Shown in pieces: positions 36,285 through 45,917 of a stretch of 64,000 nucleotides of DNA. Numbering within the stretch: the stretch's first letter is position 1; the number at the start of each line of letters is the position of its first letter. Under the pieces are notes generated by a model that was not told where the DNA came from, searched no databases, and saw only the letters and a list, made by a program, of their open reading frames with translations. Origin of the DNA: Verrucomicrobiota bacterium (lineage in GTDB: Bacteria > Verrucomicrobiota > Verrucomicrobiia > Limisphaerales > JADLHS01); NCBI GenBank assembly GCA_013140495.1, contig JABFSR010000061.1, forward strand, positions 17,873-81,872, given 5' to 3'. A program made the position numbers and the translations under genes.

Positions 36285-38666
36285 TTACCCGAAACTTGGA
36301 ACCTGGAGCTTGGAGTTTTCAGCCTGCTGCCACGGCACTTCAAAGTTCCGCACCGGCTTGTTGAAACCTTTGGGCTTGGTCGGCTCCTGCTCGATGCAAG
36401 TCGCCGCCAGCGCCGGATCATCACGCAACAACGCCTCGTAGGTCGCCTCGCCGATGATGATACGGCCCCGGCCCGAAACGGATTCGAGGCGGCTCGCCAG
36501 GTTCACCTCGCGACCAAATACCGTGTAGCTGCGCTCGTTCTTCTCCGAACCCATGAATCCGGCAACCGCCACGCCAGAGTTGATGCCGCTGCCAAGATAA
36601 AGCACGGGCAGCATAGGGAGCAAAGGTCGTCCGAGCCGGGCATGTTCAATGTTCTCCTGCTCGCGGACTTTGTTTTGCTCAAATCGGCGGAGGTTCAATT
36701 CATGAATGGCGCGTTGAGCGTCAACGGCCGCACGCACGCAATGAAGGGCATGGTGTTCATCAGAAGTGGGCGCGCCCCAGTAGGACATGACACAATCACC
36801 GATGAACTTGTCCAGCGTGCCATCATGCTGCTTCACAACATCGGCCACCAGGGACAGATAAGTATTCACGGTCTCGAGCAACTCGCGCGCGTGCTCGCCA
36901 TATACCGCCTCGGCTTCGTGTCCGGTGAGTTTGCCTTCCACAACGATTTGAGCCGCGCGCTCGTTCGTGGCGTCAGTGAGTTCGGTAAACCCGCGCACGT
37001 CGGCAAAATAAACCGTGATCTCCTTGCGCGAGCCTCCGAGCGAAAGAGATTCCATCTTCAGGACTTCACGCGCCACTTTCGGGGAAACCATTTTCCCAAA
37101 AACGCCAATGACCCGGCGGCGTTCGCGTTGCTCGAACACGACACGGTATGTTTGCACGCAGATGTACTGCATCAACACCGCGCAACCGACCGGTAAAATC
37201 AGAGGCAGCCAGATTCGCTGATTGTTGTAGAGCGCAAATGCCAAAACGGTGTAGCCCACAACCAGCGCAATCACCGCCAGCGCCGCCGTCAAAGCACGCG
37301 ACTGCCACGTCAGCCATGCGGTCAATCCGCCGAGCAGGATGATGAGCAGCAATTCGGCGGCAAGTGGTGCGGTGCGGACGAATCGCCCCGTGATGATCGA
37401 GTTCGCCACGTTCCAATGTTTGCTGACCAGCAGTGTGTCCTTTTCCAGCGGCGTGGCACCATGGTCGGTGAGGTCATTGCCAGTGGCTGACGAGCCAATG
37501 ACGACAAGCTTGTCCTTCCAGACATTCGTCAGACTTTCGCCCAGACCCGTGTTGCGCGCCTGATCCTGAATCAGCAGCCGCTCGAATGCCTCACGGGTCA
37601 ATTGCCGGTCGGTCGGGGAAATTTCCCAGTTGATCAAAAAATAACCCTTCGAATCCACAGGCAACACGCGTTCCACGCCGTTCGTGCTGCGGAGAGTTAT
37701 CCGACCCGCACGCAGGTTCACATCCGCATTGTCAAGGTCGAGATTCAGTTCCCGTGCGGCAAGCACGACGCCCATGTGCCAGACTCGCTCTTCCGTGAAC
37801 GCCTTCGCCTTTCTGTCCATGCCGACGGGAAGTTTCTCGCCGCCAAAATCCGCGAGATCAAAGTTGTTCTCAGCGTCCACAGGGATTTTCACATTGTCGT
37901 CCCCTGCTCTCGGAAAAACGATCTGCCCGGGTTCGAATTGCGCCTTGTGAAGATCAATGTAACCCTCGGCCTCGGCCTGGCGGAATGCCGGATGCCACTT
38001 TCGATAATTTTGAAACGTCCTTGCCCGACGCAACACACCGCCCGGATCAATATCCGCCGAAATGTCCGCCTTGGCGGAAGCGTTGTTGGCAAAAAGCGAA
38101 TTTGGCAGAACACCCTTTTCAGCCGCGACCACCGCCCTGCCGGAACGCCTGAGTTGCCACGCAAAGTACTCATCTGATTCCACGAGGGTGAATTCCTCCC
38201 CGTTCTGCTCGAAGGTGTCCGTTTTTTTTCCAGGATGCAGCCTGGCAAGAAACTCGCGGAGGTCAGGCCATTGTTTCACTGAAACCGGCACGGCTGCGTG
38301 ATCGAACCGCCTGTCGGAAAACATCACGTCATAACAGACGGCTCTCGCGCCCTGCGCCGTCAGCTCCCGGAGCACGCGACCCTGCACATGCCTTGGCCAG
38401 TAAAGACCATAACGGAATCCCAGCGAACCATTCCCTAGGCTCGTGATCGTGTCGTCGCCGATAAAAACGAAACCGAGATTGGTGGCGACCTGAACTGTGT
38501 GGGAGCGCGCGACGCGAACACGTTGGTCGTAGGTCATGTTCTCAAGCCGCTGCACCCAGGAGAGGTCGAGCACGCGCACCAGACAGACGAGCGCGATGAC
38601 GAGAGTGGCAATGAATGCCGGCGCCAGTTTGAGGGGCTTGAGTTTCAACGCTGCAAACAGAAACAA
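36285..38666 (-). CDS. CHASE2-sensor adenylate/guanylate cyclase
   Basis: Track ORF of 793 aa. It has an N-terminal TM helix plus a periplasmic CHASE2-like region, then 3 TM helices, then a class III cyclase core (ITVYFADVRGFTELTD, FIGDCVMSYWGAP, GREVNLASRLES). Confidence 0.85.
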   Translation of the reverse strand: MFLFAALKLKPLKLAPAFIATLVIALVCLVRVLDLSWVQRLENMTYDQRVRVARSHTVQVATNLGFVFIGDDTITSLGNGSLGFRYGLYWPRHVQGRVLRELTAQGARAVCYDVMFSDRRFDHAAVPVSVKQWPDLREFLARLHPGKKTDTFEQNGEEFTLVESDEYFAWQLRRSGRAVVAAEKGVLPNSLFANNASAKADISADIDPGGVLRRARTFQNYRKWHPAFRQAEAEGYIDLHKAQFEPGQIVFPRAGDDNVKIPVDAENNFDLADFGGEKLPVGMDRKAKAFTEERVWHMGVVLAARELNLDLDNADVNLRAGRITLRSTNGVERVLPVDSKGYFLINWEISPTDRQLTREAFERLLIQDQARNTGLGESLTNVWKDKLVVIGSSATGNDLTDHGATPLEKDTLLVSKHWNVANSIITGRFVRTAPLAAELLLIILLGGLTAWLTWQSRALTAALAVIALVVGYTVLAFALYNNQRIWLPLILPVGCAVLMQYICVQTYRVVFEQRERRRVIGVFGKMVSPKVAREVLKMESLSLGGSRKEITVYFADVRGFTELTDATNERAAQIVVEGKLTGHEAEAVYGEHARELLETVNTYLSLVADVVKQHDGTLDKFIGDCVMSYWGAPTSDEHHALHCVRAAVDAQRAIHELNLRRFEQNKVREQENIEHARLGRPLLPMLPVLYLGSGINSGVAVAGFMGSEKNERSYTVFGREVNLASRLESVSGRGRIIIGEATYEALLRDDPALAATCIEQEPTKPKGFNKPVRNFEVPWQQAENSKLQVPSFG

Positions 38667-38873
38667 AAAGCCCGGCGCAACTCAAGAACGCTCTGCTCTG
38701 AGAGCGCGGAAGAAGCGCGGGCGATCCCTCGCCCGCAGCGCTCAGACTCACCGAAAGCGGTCTGAATTATCCAACGCCCTCATCACCCTCCACACGCTGC
38801 GACCGGTGACAGGTCGCGCTCTCACATCAACGCGCACCTTGTCATTCGTCGCTTCGCGGCTATTCTTCCGTCG

Positions 38874-39533
38874 GTGATCGAGCAATTCAAAAAACACGCG
38901 CTACCTGTTGCGCTCATGCTGGTGTTCGCGCTGTCGCGGATTCCTGGAATGTTGCCGCAGAATTTCAGCGTGGCCTACGCCATTGCATTCTGTGCGGGCG
39001 TTTTTTTGAGCGGCGCCATGGCCTGGTGGTTGCCACTCACCACGCTGCTGGTCACGGACATCGCCTTGAATTTTTACTACTGGCTCGGTCTCGGCTACAA
39101 CGTCTGGGACCTGCCCGTGCTGAAGTTTCAACTCTTCAACTACGCCGCCTATGTGGTGTTGATCTGGCTGGGGCGGCGATTCAAACCGAAGTCTTCGTTC
39201 TTTTCGTTGCTGGGCGGCGGCGTGCTCGGCGCGCTGCTTTTTTATCTCATCACCAACACCGCCTCGTGGTTTTTCAATCCTTTTGCCAATCCTGAATACA
39301 CGAAAACCATTCAAGGCTGGATCATCGCGCTCACCAAAGGCACCGCAGGCTGGCCCGAGACATGGACATTCCTCCGCAACACACTTCTGAGCGGCGGCAT
39401 TTTCACCGGACTGTTCGTCGCCGCCATGAAACTCACCGCAGAATCTCCGCAGGAAAAGGAAGCGGGCCAGCGCGCGCCGGAACCTGAAACCGAATCCGAA
39501 CCTGAAGCCAAACCGGAGGAAGCAAAGGCGTGA
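38874..39533 (+). CDS. polytopic membrane protein (DUF6580-like, putative transporter S-component-like), tentative
   Basis: Track ORF with a GTG start. It has about 6 TM helices and an acidic PE-rich tail. The family name is from memory only. Confidence 0.55.
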   Translation: MIEQFKKHALPVALMLVFALSRIPGMLPQNFSVAYAIAFCAGVFLSGAMAWWLPLTTLLVTDIALNFYYWLGLGYNVWDLPVLKFQLFNYAAYVVLIWLGRRFKPKSSFFSLLGGGVLGALLFYLITNTASWFFNPFANPEYTKTIQGWIIALTKGTAGWPETWTFLRNTLLSGGIFTGLFVAAMKLTAESPQEKEAGQRAPEPETESEPEAKPEEAKA

Positions 39534-39551
39534 AAAAGTCCGTGATTTGTG

Positions 39552-39632
39552 TTCAGTAGTCCGTAGCCACTTCAATCAGGCATCAAACCACGAAGCCACT
39601 GACTGCTGACCACCAACTACTGACTCATCTGA
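39552..39632. repeat. heptad-periodic inverted blocks, intergenic
   Basis: actgact gctgacc accaact actgact lie at 39597-39624. tcagtagt (39553-39560) is complementary to actactga (39617-39624). Confidence 0.6.
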
Positions 39633-39633
39633 A

Positions 39634-40098
39634 ATGAAAATCGGCCTCATCTCGGACACGCATGATTATCTGGACCCGCGAGTCGCCAGGCGGTTTTCCG
39701 GAGTGAGCCATATCCTGCATGCCGGCGACATCGGATCACCGGTTATTCTCAGCGAACTGGAACTCATCGCGCCTGTCACCGCCGTCAGCGGCAACACCGA
39801 CGATCCTTGTTTCCGCTACCGCGAAACACAGTCCATAGAACTCGCCGGACGAAAGTTTTTCCTGCAACACATCGTCAACCCACACTCACAGGATGCTGAA
39901 TTGCGGGTAGCCATCGAGCGCCAAAGACCTGACGTAGTTCTGTTCGGCCACACGCACCAACAATTCTCCGAGCGCATCCGCGACGTGCTGTTTCTAAATC
40001 CGGGTTATTCCGGCAAACCGCGTCAGGGATCCCGCCGCAGTGTTGCCGTTCTTCACTGCGACGAAAAAGAAATCCGGGCGGAATTCCTGTCGCTCTGA
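39634..40098 (+). CDS. metallophosphoesterase (YfcE/MJ0936 family)
   Basis: Track ORF. MKIGLISDTHD, HAGDIG, GNTDD, FGHTH. Confidence 0.85.
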   Translation: MKIGLISDTHDYLDPRVARRFSGVSHILHAGDIGSPVILSELELIAPVTAVSGNTDDPCFRYRETQSIELAGRKFFLQHIVNPHSQDAELRVAIERQRPDVVLFGHTHQQFSERIRDVLFLNPGYSGKPRQGSRRSVAVLHCDEKEIRAEFLSL

Positions 40099-40555
40099 AT
40101 CAGGGCTACAAGAGGTCGCGAAGCCCGATTGGCGTTTGATCCTCGAACCGCACAACCTGACTACTCAATGCCGAGCAATTCCACATCGAACACCCGCTTA
40201 TGCCTCCCATCGTTTCCAATCACACGCGAAAGGGTCAGAAAAAACAGCAAAAAAACAATAAAGGCTTAACGCGTCATCTCGCCCAAACAGGCGATACCCA
40301 ACGCTACTGCCTCGTGTTAATGATTTATGCATACGCATTCATTCCCCGGAAAATTTTCATGAGCAACAAACAAAAGTTTATTGACTTTGGGATGAGAAGG
40401 AGGCTTAGTAACAGCGATTCCAGAACCTGATAATAAAACGCTCAAACCAGATGTGGTGTGACACGATTGTAAAGCACGCGTAACAATGCTCTGACAATCG
40501 TTTCAGCATCGTCGGTAGAGAAAAACCAATGCAGTTCTAAAGTTCCAAACGAATA

Positions 40556-41464
40556 ATGAAAATGATCAATTGTTCCAATGCCACCCCGAATACCTGCCCT
40601 GTTCATCCAAAGGAAGCACGAATACGTCGCGTCGCTGTTGGAGCCTTCACATTGATTGAGTTGCTGGTGGTCATTGCCATCATCGCTATTTTGGCGGCGA
40701 TGCTCCTGCCGGCGTTGAGCAAGGCGAAAGACCGGGCAAAGGCGGCTCAATGCCTCAACAACTTGAAGCAAATCATTCTTGCGGGATCAATGTACGCCGA
40801 TGATAACAACAATACTTATTTCCATAATGGTGGCGGTTCTTTGCCAAATCATGGCCAATGGACAGCGAACCCGCGGTCTGATGTACTTCTACCGGTGACC
40901 AGCGGTGAAGCATACTGGGCGATTGGCTACTATCAGTATTACGGCAAAAACAAGAAAATTTTTAGATGCCCAGCTTCTGTCCATCCTGATGAATGGCATG
41001 ACACTGGTCTCTATTACCCATCAGATTTTTGGGAGAATTCTACTTATGGGATGTGCCAATGGCTGCTTAAGACCTCCGGGCGAGATCCCAATGAGGCTGC
41101 AACTATCAAGAAGGTCACCAACTACAAAAGCCCGAGTAAAATGATTTTTTGCCAGGATGCGGCAGAGCAACTAATGGATGAAGGCAATCCTCCAGATAGT
41201 GATAGTATCGGCCTTTTCCCAGGCAAGAATTCAATCCTGACACAATGGATCGGCACAGGCCCTGCAAACGGAGGAGCATACGGAGGGCTTTCTGGTTTGT
41301 ACGGTGGTTATCCATTCGATTTTGAATGGTACCGCCACAGCAAGGGTTGCCAGACCGCTTGGGTGGATGGGCATGTATCTCGCATTCGGTTTACGGGACT
41401 TAAGGTTGGAATTGATTACCGGCACTACACTGGCATTGAGCCGCTAAATCCAGTAAGAGATTAA
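40556..41464 (+). CDS. prepilin-type N-terminal cleavage/methylation domain protein (H-X9-DG / DUF1559-like pseudopilin)
   Basis: Track [33 protein letters not shown], and C-terminal WVDGHVSRI. Confidence 0.8.
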   Translation: MKMINCSNATPNTCPVHPKEARIRRVAVGAFTLIELLVVIAIIAILAAMLLPALSKAKDRAKAAQCLNNLKQIILAGSMYADDNNNTYFHNGGGSLPNHGQWTANPRSDVLLPVTSGEAYWAIGYYQYYGKNKKIFRCPASVHPDEWHDTGLYYPSDFWENSTYGMCQWLLKTSGRDPNEAATIKKVTNYKSPSKMIFCQDAAEQLMDEGNPPDSDSIGLFPGKNSILTQWIGTGPANGGAYGGLSGLYGGYPFDFEWYRHSKGCQTAWVDGHVSRIRFTGLKVGIDYRHYTGIEPLNPVRD

Positions 41465-41501
41465 TATAGTCCGCTAAGTATTAAAACCAACGTTATTCCT
41501 C

Positions 41502-41885
41502 ATGAACAATACCCATATTCCCAGATTCCTCGGGTTTCTTCTCGTATTAGCATCTTTTTTAACTATCGGCTGTGACAAGACCAGCACGCCACCTCCTTCA
41601 CTCACTGCTGCTGAAATCCCTGCAGCTTTCGAAAAGGCATTTGCCAAATCGAAGCCAGAGGTAAAGGAAGTCGCAACTCAGGTGGTGACAGCGCTTCAGG
41701 CCAAGGATTATCCCAACGCATTCCAAGGCGTTCAAAGCCTCGGTGCACTGCCTTCACTCACCAAGCAGCAGGCCAGTGTGATCTCCAGTGCTCTGGTGAC
41801 TGTGAACGCACTCATGCAGGAAGCGCAGGCTCAAGGCGACGCCAAGGCCGCCCAAGCAATTCAACATTATAAAGCAAATAAATAG
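41502..41885 (+). CDS. hypothetical lipoprotein
   Basis: Track ORF with a signal peptide and lipobox (LASFLTIGCDK). The mature part is helical and Ala/Gln-rich. Confidence 0.55.
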   Translation: MNNTHIPRFLGFLLVLASFLTIGCDKTSTPPPSLTAAEIPAAFEKAFAKSKPEVKEVATQVVTALQAKDYPNAFQGVQSLGALPSLTKQQASVISSALVTVNALMQEAQAQGDAKAAQAIQHYKANK

Positions 41886-41987
41886 AACCGCCTTTGCGCA
41901 CATAAACTTATTCTTTCGAGATCAGTCGCAATTCCATTCCCAATTCCGACAACAGTAAGTAGTACAACAACAAACCTCCCAACTAAA

Positions 41988-44900
41988 ATGAACAAAAAAC
42001 GTATCATGCGCCTTGGCGCAGTAATCGTCGCAAGCCTCATGGGTGTAGCGAACTTATCGGCACAAACCTTCGGTCTGTGGAATTTCGACAGTGGCAACTT
42101 GGTGGCCACAGTCGGAACGGACTTGACCGCGAATGATGGCGAGACCACGGCTGGCACATCGTTTGGCACCACCACCGCGTTCGGTATTTCAACCATCAAC
42201 GGCACGCCCGCCAATGTGATGAAGTTTCCGGGCTCTACAAACGCCACCATGGGATTCACCTTGGCCACTCCGCCTGCCAATGGCAGCGGTGCCAACGTTG
42301 AACTTTACACCATCACGTTTGACGTGCTGTACACGGCAACTGACGATGGAAAAGTCCGGCCATTTCTGCAAACTGACGGTGGTTTCATAACTCCCGCCGC
42401 AGACTTTGCGATCAACGCAAGTGGTCAGATTGGCTCTCCAGGCGTCGGCTTCGGCGGTTCAATCACCACCAACACTTGGTATCGCGTCGGATTTGTCGTA
42501 CGCACCAACGAAGTTCGCACCTATATCGACGGCGCTGAAATTGACGTATTGAACGGTGCCCTCAACCGATATCCCCTCTTCCCGAACTCCACCGCAGAGA
42601 TTCTCGGAAATCGCATCGCCGGGACAGCCGGGGGCGGATACTTTAACAGCATCCAGTTGCGCAACGAAGCTCTCAATGCCCGCCAAATGCGAGCCTTGGG
42701 CAAAGCCAGCGCCACAGGTATCCCCCAGGTGGTTCCACCTGTTCCATCGTTTGTGGACCATTGGATTCCCTCCGCTGCATTTGCCAATCGTTCCACCCCG
42801 CTTGGTGTGGTAATTGACGACGGCGAAACCACGATCAATCTCAGTTCCATTTCCCTGAAGTATGACGGCGCCACTTTGGCGAATGCCGCAATCAGTCAGG
42901 TTGGCGATGTCATCACGGTGCAAACCAATATGGGTACCATTGCGCTGGGTCAGCACACAATGATCCTTACCTACACCGACAGCATTGTGGGCGTGCAGTC
43001 GCTCACAAACACGTTCACCTCCGTACTCTTCTACGAAGACTTTGATGGCATGACACTCGGTCAAAATGTTCAAGAGGCCACCCCTGATGTCATTGCGAAA
43101 GCCTTTACCAAGACACCGCCAGCGGGTTGGGTGCTTGATGACTCGGGCATGCCTGGTCTTGGCAACCCGGACGCGAACGGTGTAGATGAGTGGGCTGGCT
43201 GGAGCTTTGCCTCACGAGCCTTTTGGTTCGCTGCAGACACCCAGAACCGGGAACTTTTCGAAAAAGCCAAGGGCACAGTCATGATTGCTGACCCAGACGA
43301 ATGGGACGACAATGAAGGTCCAGGACCGATTTTTGACCATGCGGTGGGTTACTTCAACTCGTTTGTGAAAACCCCTGCCATTTCCCTCGTCGGTGTTCCC
43401 GCAAACAGCGTATTCATCAAGTTTGACTCCAGTTGGCGCCCGGAAGCTGAAGACGATTGTGGTGGAACAGAATGGCCTGCGTGCCCGGCTACGAACAACC
43501 AGACTGCAACCATCAAGGTATCCTATAACGGTGGGGCATTCGTCCAAAAACTGAAATGGGACTCCGTCGGGGCAAGTCCGACTTTCCATCCAGATTCAGA
43601 GAATGAAACGGTTACGCTGGTTATTGATAATCCAGTCGGCGCCACGAGCGTCGTCATCGAGTTCGGCCTTAGCAACGCTGGAAATGACTGGTGGTGGGCA
43701 GTTGACAACCTTCAGGTCGCGGCCGGCCCGGCTATCACCACACAACCCGTATCAAGCGTTCGCGATGCAGGTGCCAGTGCTTCCATGACCGTGGTCGCGG
43801 CAGGAAGTGGAACAGTTAACTACCAATGGCAGTTCAACGGCGGCTCAGGCTCCGTTTATACCAACGTTCCACTCGCCACGAGTGCAACCTACAACTTCAC
43901 AGCGGAGACAAATACTGCGGGGTCATACCGTGTTGTTGTAACAGACTCCGTCGGCACGACGACCAGCAGCGCGGCCACATTGACTGTGATTGCAACTCCT
44001 TCAATAGTGCTGCAACCAGCCGCTCAGACTGTTAACGCGGGCGCGAGCGTAGTCTTCAGCACCTTGGCCAGAGGCCGGGTGCCGATTAGCTATCAGTGGA
44101 TCAAAGCCGGTGCCCCAATCAGTGGAGCGACCAGCACCGACCACGCCATTCGTAATGTCCAGGCCGCCAATGTTGGACAATACGCGTGTGTGATTTCCAA
44201 CTCGGTTGGAGTCATCACCAGCCGCGTCGTCACCCTGAAGGTGCCTTCCAGCATCACTGACGACCTGGTTGTTCACCTCAAATTCGATGGCGACTACACC
44301 GATTCATCGGGTCGCGGCAACAACGGCACCGCCGTTGGAGCGCCGACGACCGCTCCCGGCAAAATCGGCAGCGCCCTTCTTTACACGGAGCCGCAGGGCC
44401 AGCCTGAAACCAACTACGTAACACTGGGAATTCCAGCAGATCTGCACATGACCACGAACGTTCCGTTCTCCATCTCGTTATGGTACAAGTTGGATCCAGG
44501 CAATCGCGCTGGTGATCCAGCGATTCTTGGCAACAAGGACTGGGATAGTGGTGGAAACCAGGGCTTCGTGCTCTTCAACAGTGGTTCCGGAATGCGTTGG
44601 AATTATCGGGAACTTGACGCGGCACCGGACCTCAACAGTCGTAAAGATTCAGGCGGCACTAGCCCCGGAATCGAGGACGGCAATTGGCACCACTGCGTTG
44701 TAACATTCAACCGAGGCGGCAATGCCGGCATCTACGTAGATGGCCAGTTGCGCAACGTAACCTCGTTGCTCAATGCCAACCCCACGCTGGGAGGAGTCTA
44801 CGCTCCTTCAACCATTGACAATGATCCCTCCACCCCAAGGACTGGGTGGTCAACCGGTGTGTGGAACATCGGAGAGGATGGCAGCGGTGCGTATGGGTTG

Positions 44901-45227
44901 CACGACAACGTCGGCGTCACCAATGCGATGATTGATGATCTTGGCATCTGGCGGCGCACGCTCACACCAGGTGAGGTCCTGGCAATCTACACCGCTGGCA
45001 ATGCCGGCAATTCGCTCGACACGGCTGCACCGGTCACCGACCCGACCCCGTTGGATCCATCAATTGCGATCTTGGGAACAACAATCGAAGTGACCAAAGC
45101 TAACACCATGTTGTTCTCAGCTCCAGCCCTGACGGGACCGTGGACTGAAGTCACAGGTGCTCGTGGCACAAATGTCTTCAAGGAACCCGCAGGCGGTCAG
45201 AAGTTCTACAGAGGTAGCCAGCCGTAA
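41988..45227 (+). CDS. large secreted protein with LamG/concanavalin-like and Ig-like (I-set) domains
   Basis: Track ORF of 1079 aa with a signal peptide (AVIVASLMGVANLSAQ). Two Ig-like repeats end in GSYRVVVTDSVGTTTSSAATLTV and GQYACVISNSVGVITSRVVTLKV. A C-terminal LamG-like segment is present (LVVHLKFDGDYTDSSGRGNNG...GKIGSAL). Confidence 0.75.
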   Translation: MNKKRIMRLGAVIVASLMGVANLSAQTFGLWNFDSGNLVATVGTDLTANDGETTAGTSFGTTTAFGISTINGTPANVMKFPGSTNATMGFTLATPPANGSGANVELYTITFDVLYTATDDGKVRPFLQTDGGFITPAADFAINASGQIGSPGVGFGGSITTNTWYRVGFVVRTNEVRTYIDGAEIDVLNGALNRYPLFPNSTAEILGNRIAGTAGGGYFNSIQLRNEALNARQMRALGKASATGIPQVVPPVPSFVDHWIPSAAFANRSTPLGVVIDDGETTINLSSISLKYDGATLANAAISQVGDVITVQTNMGTIALGQHTMILTYTDSIVGVQSLTNTFTSVLFYEDFDGMTLGQNVQEATPDVIAKAFTKTPPAGWVLDDSGMPGLGNPDANGVDEWAGWSFASRAFWFAADTQNRELFEKAKGTVMIADPDEWDDNEGPGPIFDHAVGYFNSFVKTPAISLVGVPANSVFIKFDSSWRPEAEDDCGGTEWPACPATNNQTATIKVSYNGGAFVQKLKWDSVGASPTFHPDSENETVTLVIDNPVGATSVVIEFGLSNAGNDWWWAVDNLQVAAGPAITTQPVSSVRDAGASASMTVVAAGSGTVNYQWQFNGGSGSVYTNVPLATSATYNFTAETNTAGSYRVVVTDSVGTTTSSAATLTVIATPSIVLQPAAQTVNAGASVVFSTLARGRVPISYQWIKAGAPISGATSTDHAIRNVQAANVGQYACVISNSVGVITSRVVTLKVPSSITDDLVVHLKFDGDYTDSSGRGNNGTAVGAPTTAPGKIGSALLYTEPQGQPETNYVTLGIPADLHMTTNVPFSISLWYKLDPGNRAGDPAILGNKDWDSGGNQGFVLFNSGSGMRWNYRELDAAPDLNSRKDSGGTSPGIEDGNWHHCVVTFNRGGNAGIYVDGQLRNVTSLLNANPTLGGVYAPSTIDNDPSTPRTGWSTGVWNIGEDGSGAYGLHDNVGVTNAMIDDLGIWRRTLTPGEVLAIYTAGNAGNSLDTAAPVTDPTPLDPSIAILGTTIEVTKANTMLFSAPALTGPWTEVTGARGTNVFKEPAGGQKFYRGSQP

Positions 45228-45253
45228 TCGGCTAGGTTAACCAGTCAGATCAA

Positions 45254-45287
45254 AGCGGGCTCTGGTGCGAAAGCGCCAGAGCCCGCT
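45254..45287. terminator. bidirectional hairpin terminator between convergent genes
   Basis: 12-bp perfect stem agcgggctctgg/ccagagcccgct with a 10-nt loop, followed by gtttgt. Confidence 0.6.
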
Positions 45288-45362
45288 GTTTGTACAAAAT
45301 TGAGTGAATGTAAGATAATTTAAATCCCCGGAAATCGGATCCGCCCAACCTCGGCAGCAACT

Positions 45363-45914
45363 TTACTTCCTGGAGGATTTGCTTCGATCGCTCCGATCCA
45401 TCCCATGCTTGGATTTGTTCCCTGCTTGATCTGGATCAACATTCCCATCGTTGTCGCCGTTCCGCCAAAGAACCACGACAACACCACCAACGCCGACAAG
45501 CATGAGCAATGCTCCAACCGGAATCAGGAACACCCCGACTCCGGGATCGCCGCCAAACAACCAGAAGCCACCGAGGAAAAATCCGAGCGGCAGGATCACA
45601 AGTCCGCCCAAAAGCGCTTTCGAAGAGAACCGCAGGACTTTTCCATGGCTGGACGGAAGGAAATTCAGTGAAACCGCAAAGGCGATGTTAACCAGGGCGA
45701 AAAGTGTGCCGTGAGCATGCGCCAGCGTCCACATCAACCGGCGTGTCGTGTCGTGCGGGCCAAGGTATAAATCTGCTTTGATTCCGTGCAGAGTCTCCAG
45801 GATGATTCCGAGAAACAGGTAAGCGAACAGTCCGATCCAACCTGCCAGCAGATGTCGCCTCACAAGGCGTTGTTTGGAGACTGGATCACTATTGTCGTTT
45901 TGTTGAGTGGCCAT
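45363..45914 (-). CDS. hypothetical 4-5 TM membrane protein
   Basis: Track ORF beginning 3 nt after the cytochrome stop. His residues lie within predicted TM segments (LETLHG, TLAHAHGTLF). Confidence 0.6.
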   Translation of the reverse strand: MATQQNDNSDPVSKQRLVRRHLLAGWIGLFAYLFLGIILETLHGIKADLYLGPHDTTRRLMWTLAHAHGTLFALVNIAFAVSLNFLPSSHGKVLRFSSKALLGGLVILPLGFFLGGFWLFGGDPGVGVFLIPVGALLMLVGVGGVVVVLWRNGDNDGNVDPDQAGNKSKHGMDRSDRSKSSRK

Positions 45915-45917
45915 TGG

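Noticed and set aside
38667-38873. A 200-nt leader upstream of the DUF6580-like membrane-protein gene, with GC-rich hairpins such as gcgggcga-tccc-tcgcccgc. It was considered as a possible riboswitch.
   Set aside because: I could not recognise any known riboswitch core (no B12 box, and no TPP, SAM, preQ1 or fluoride signatures), and there is no terminator-like U-tract. An Rfam/Infernal scan would be needed. The region also serves as the divergent promoter region for the cyclase gene.
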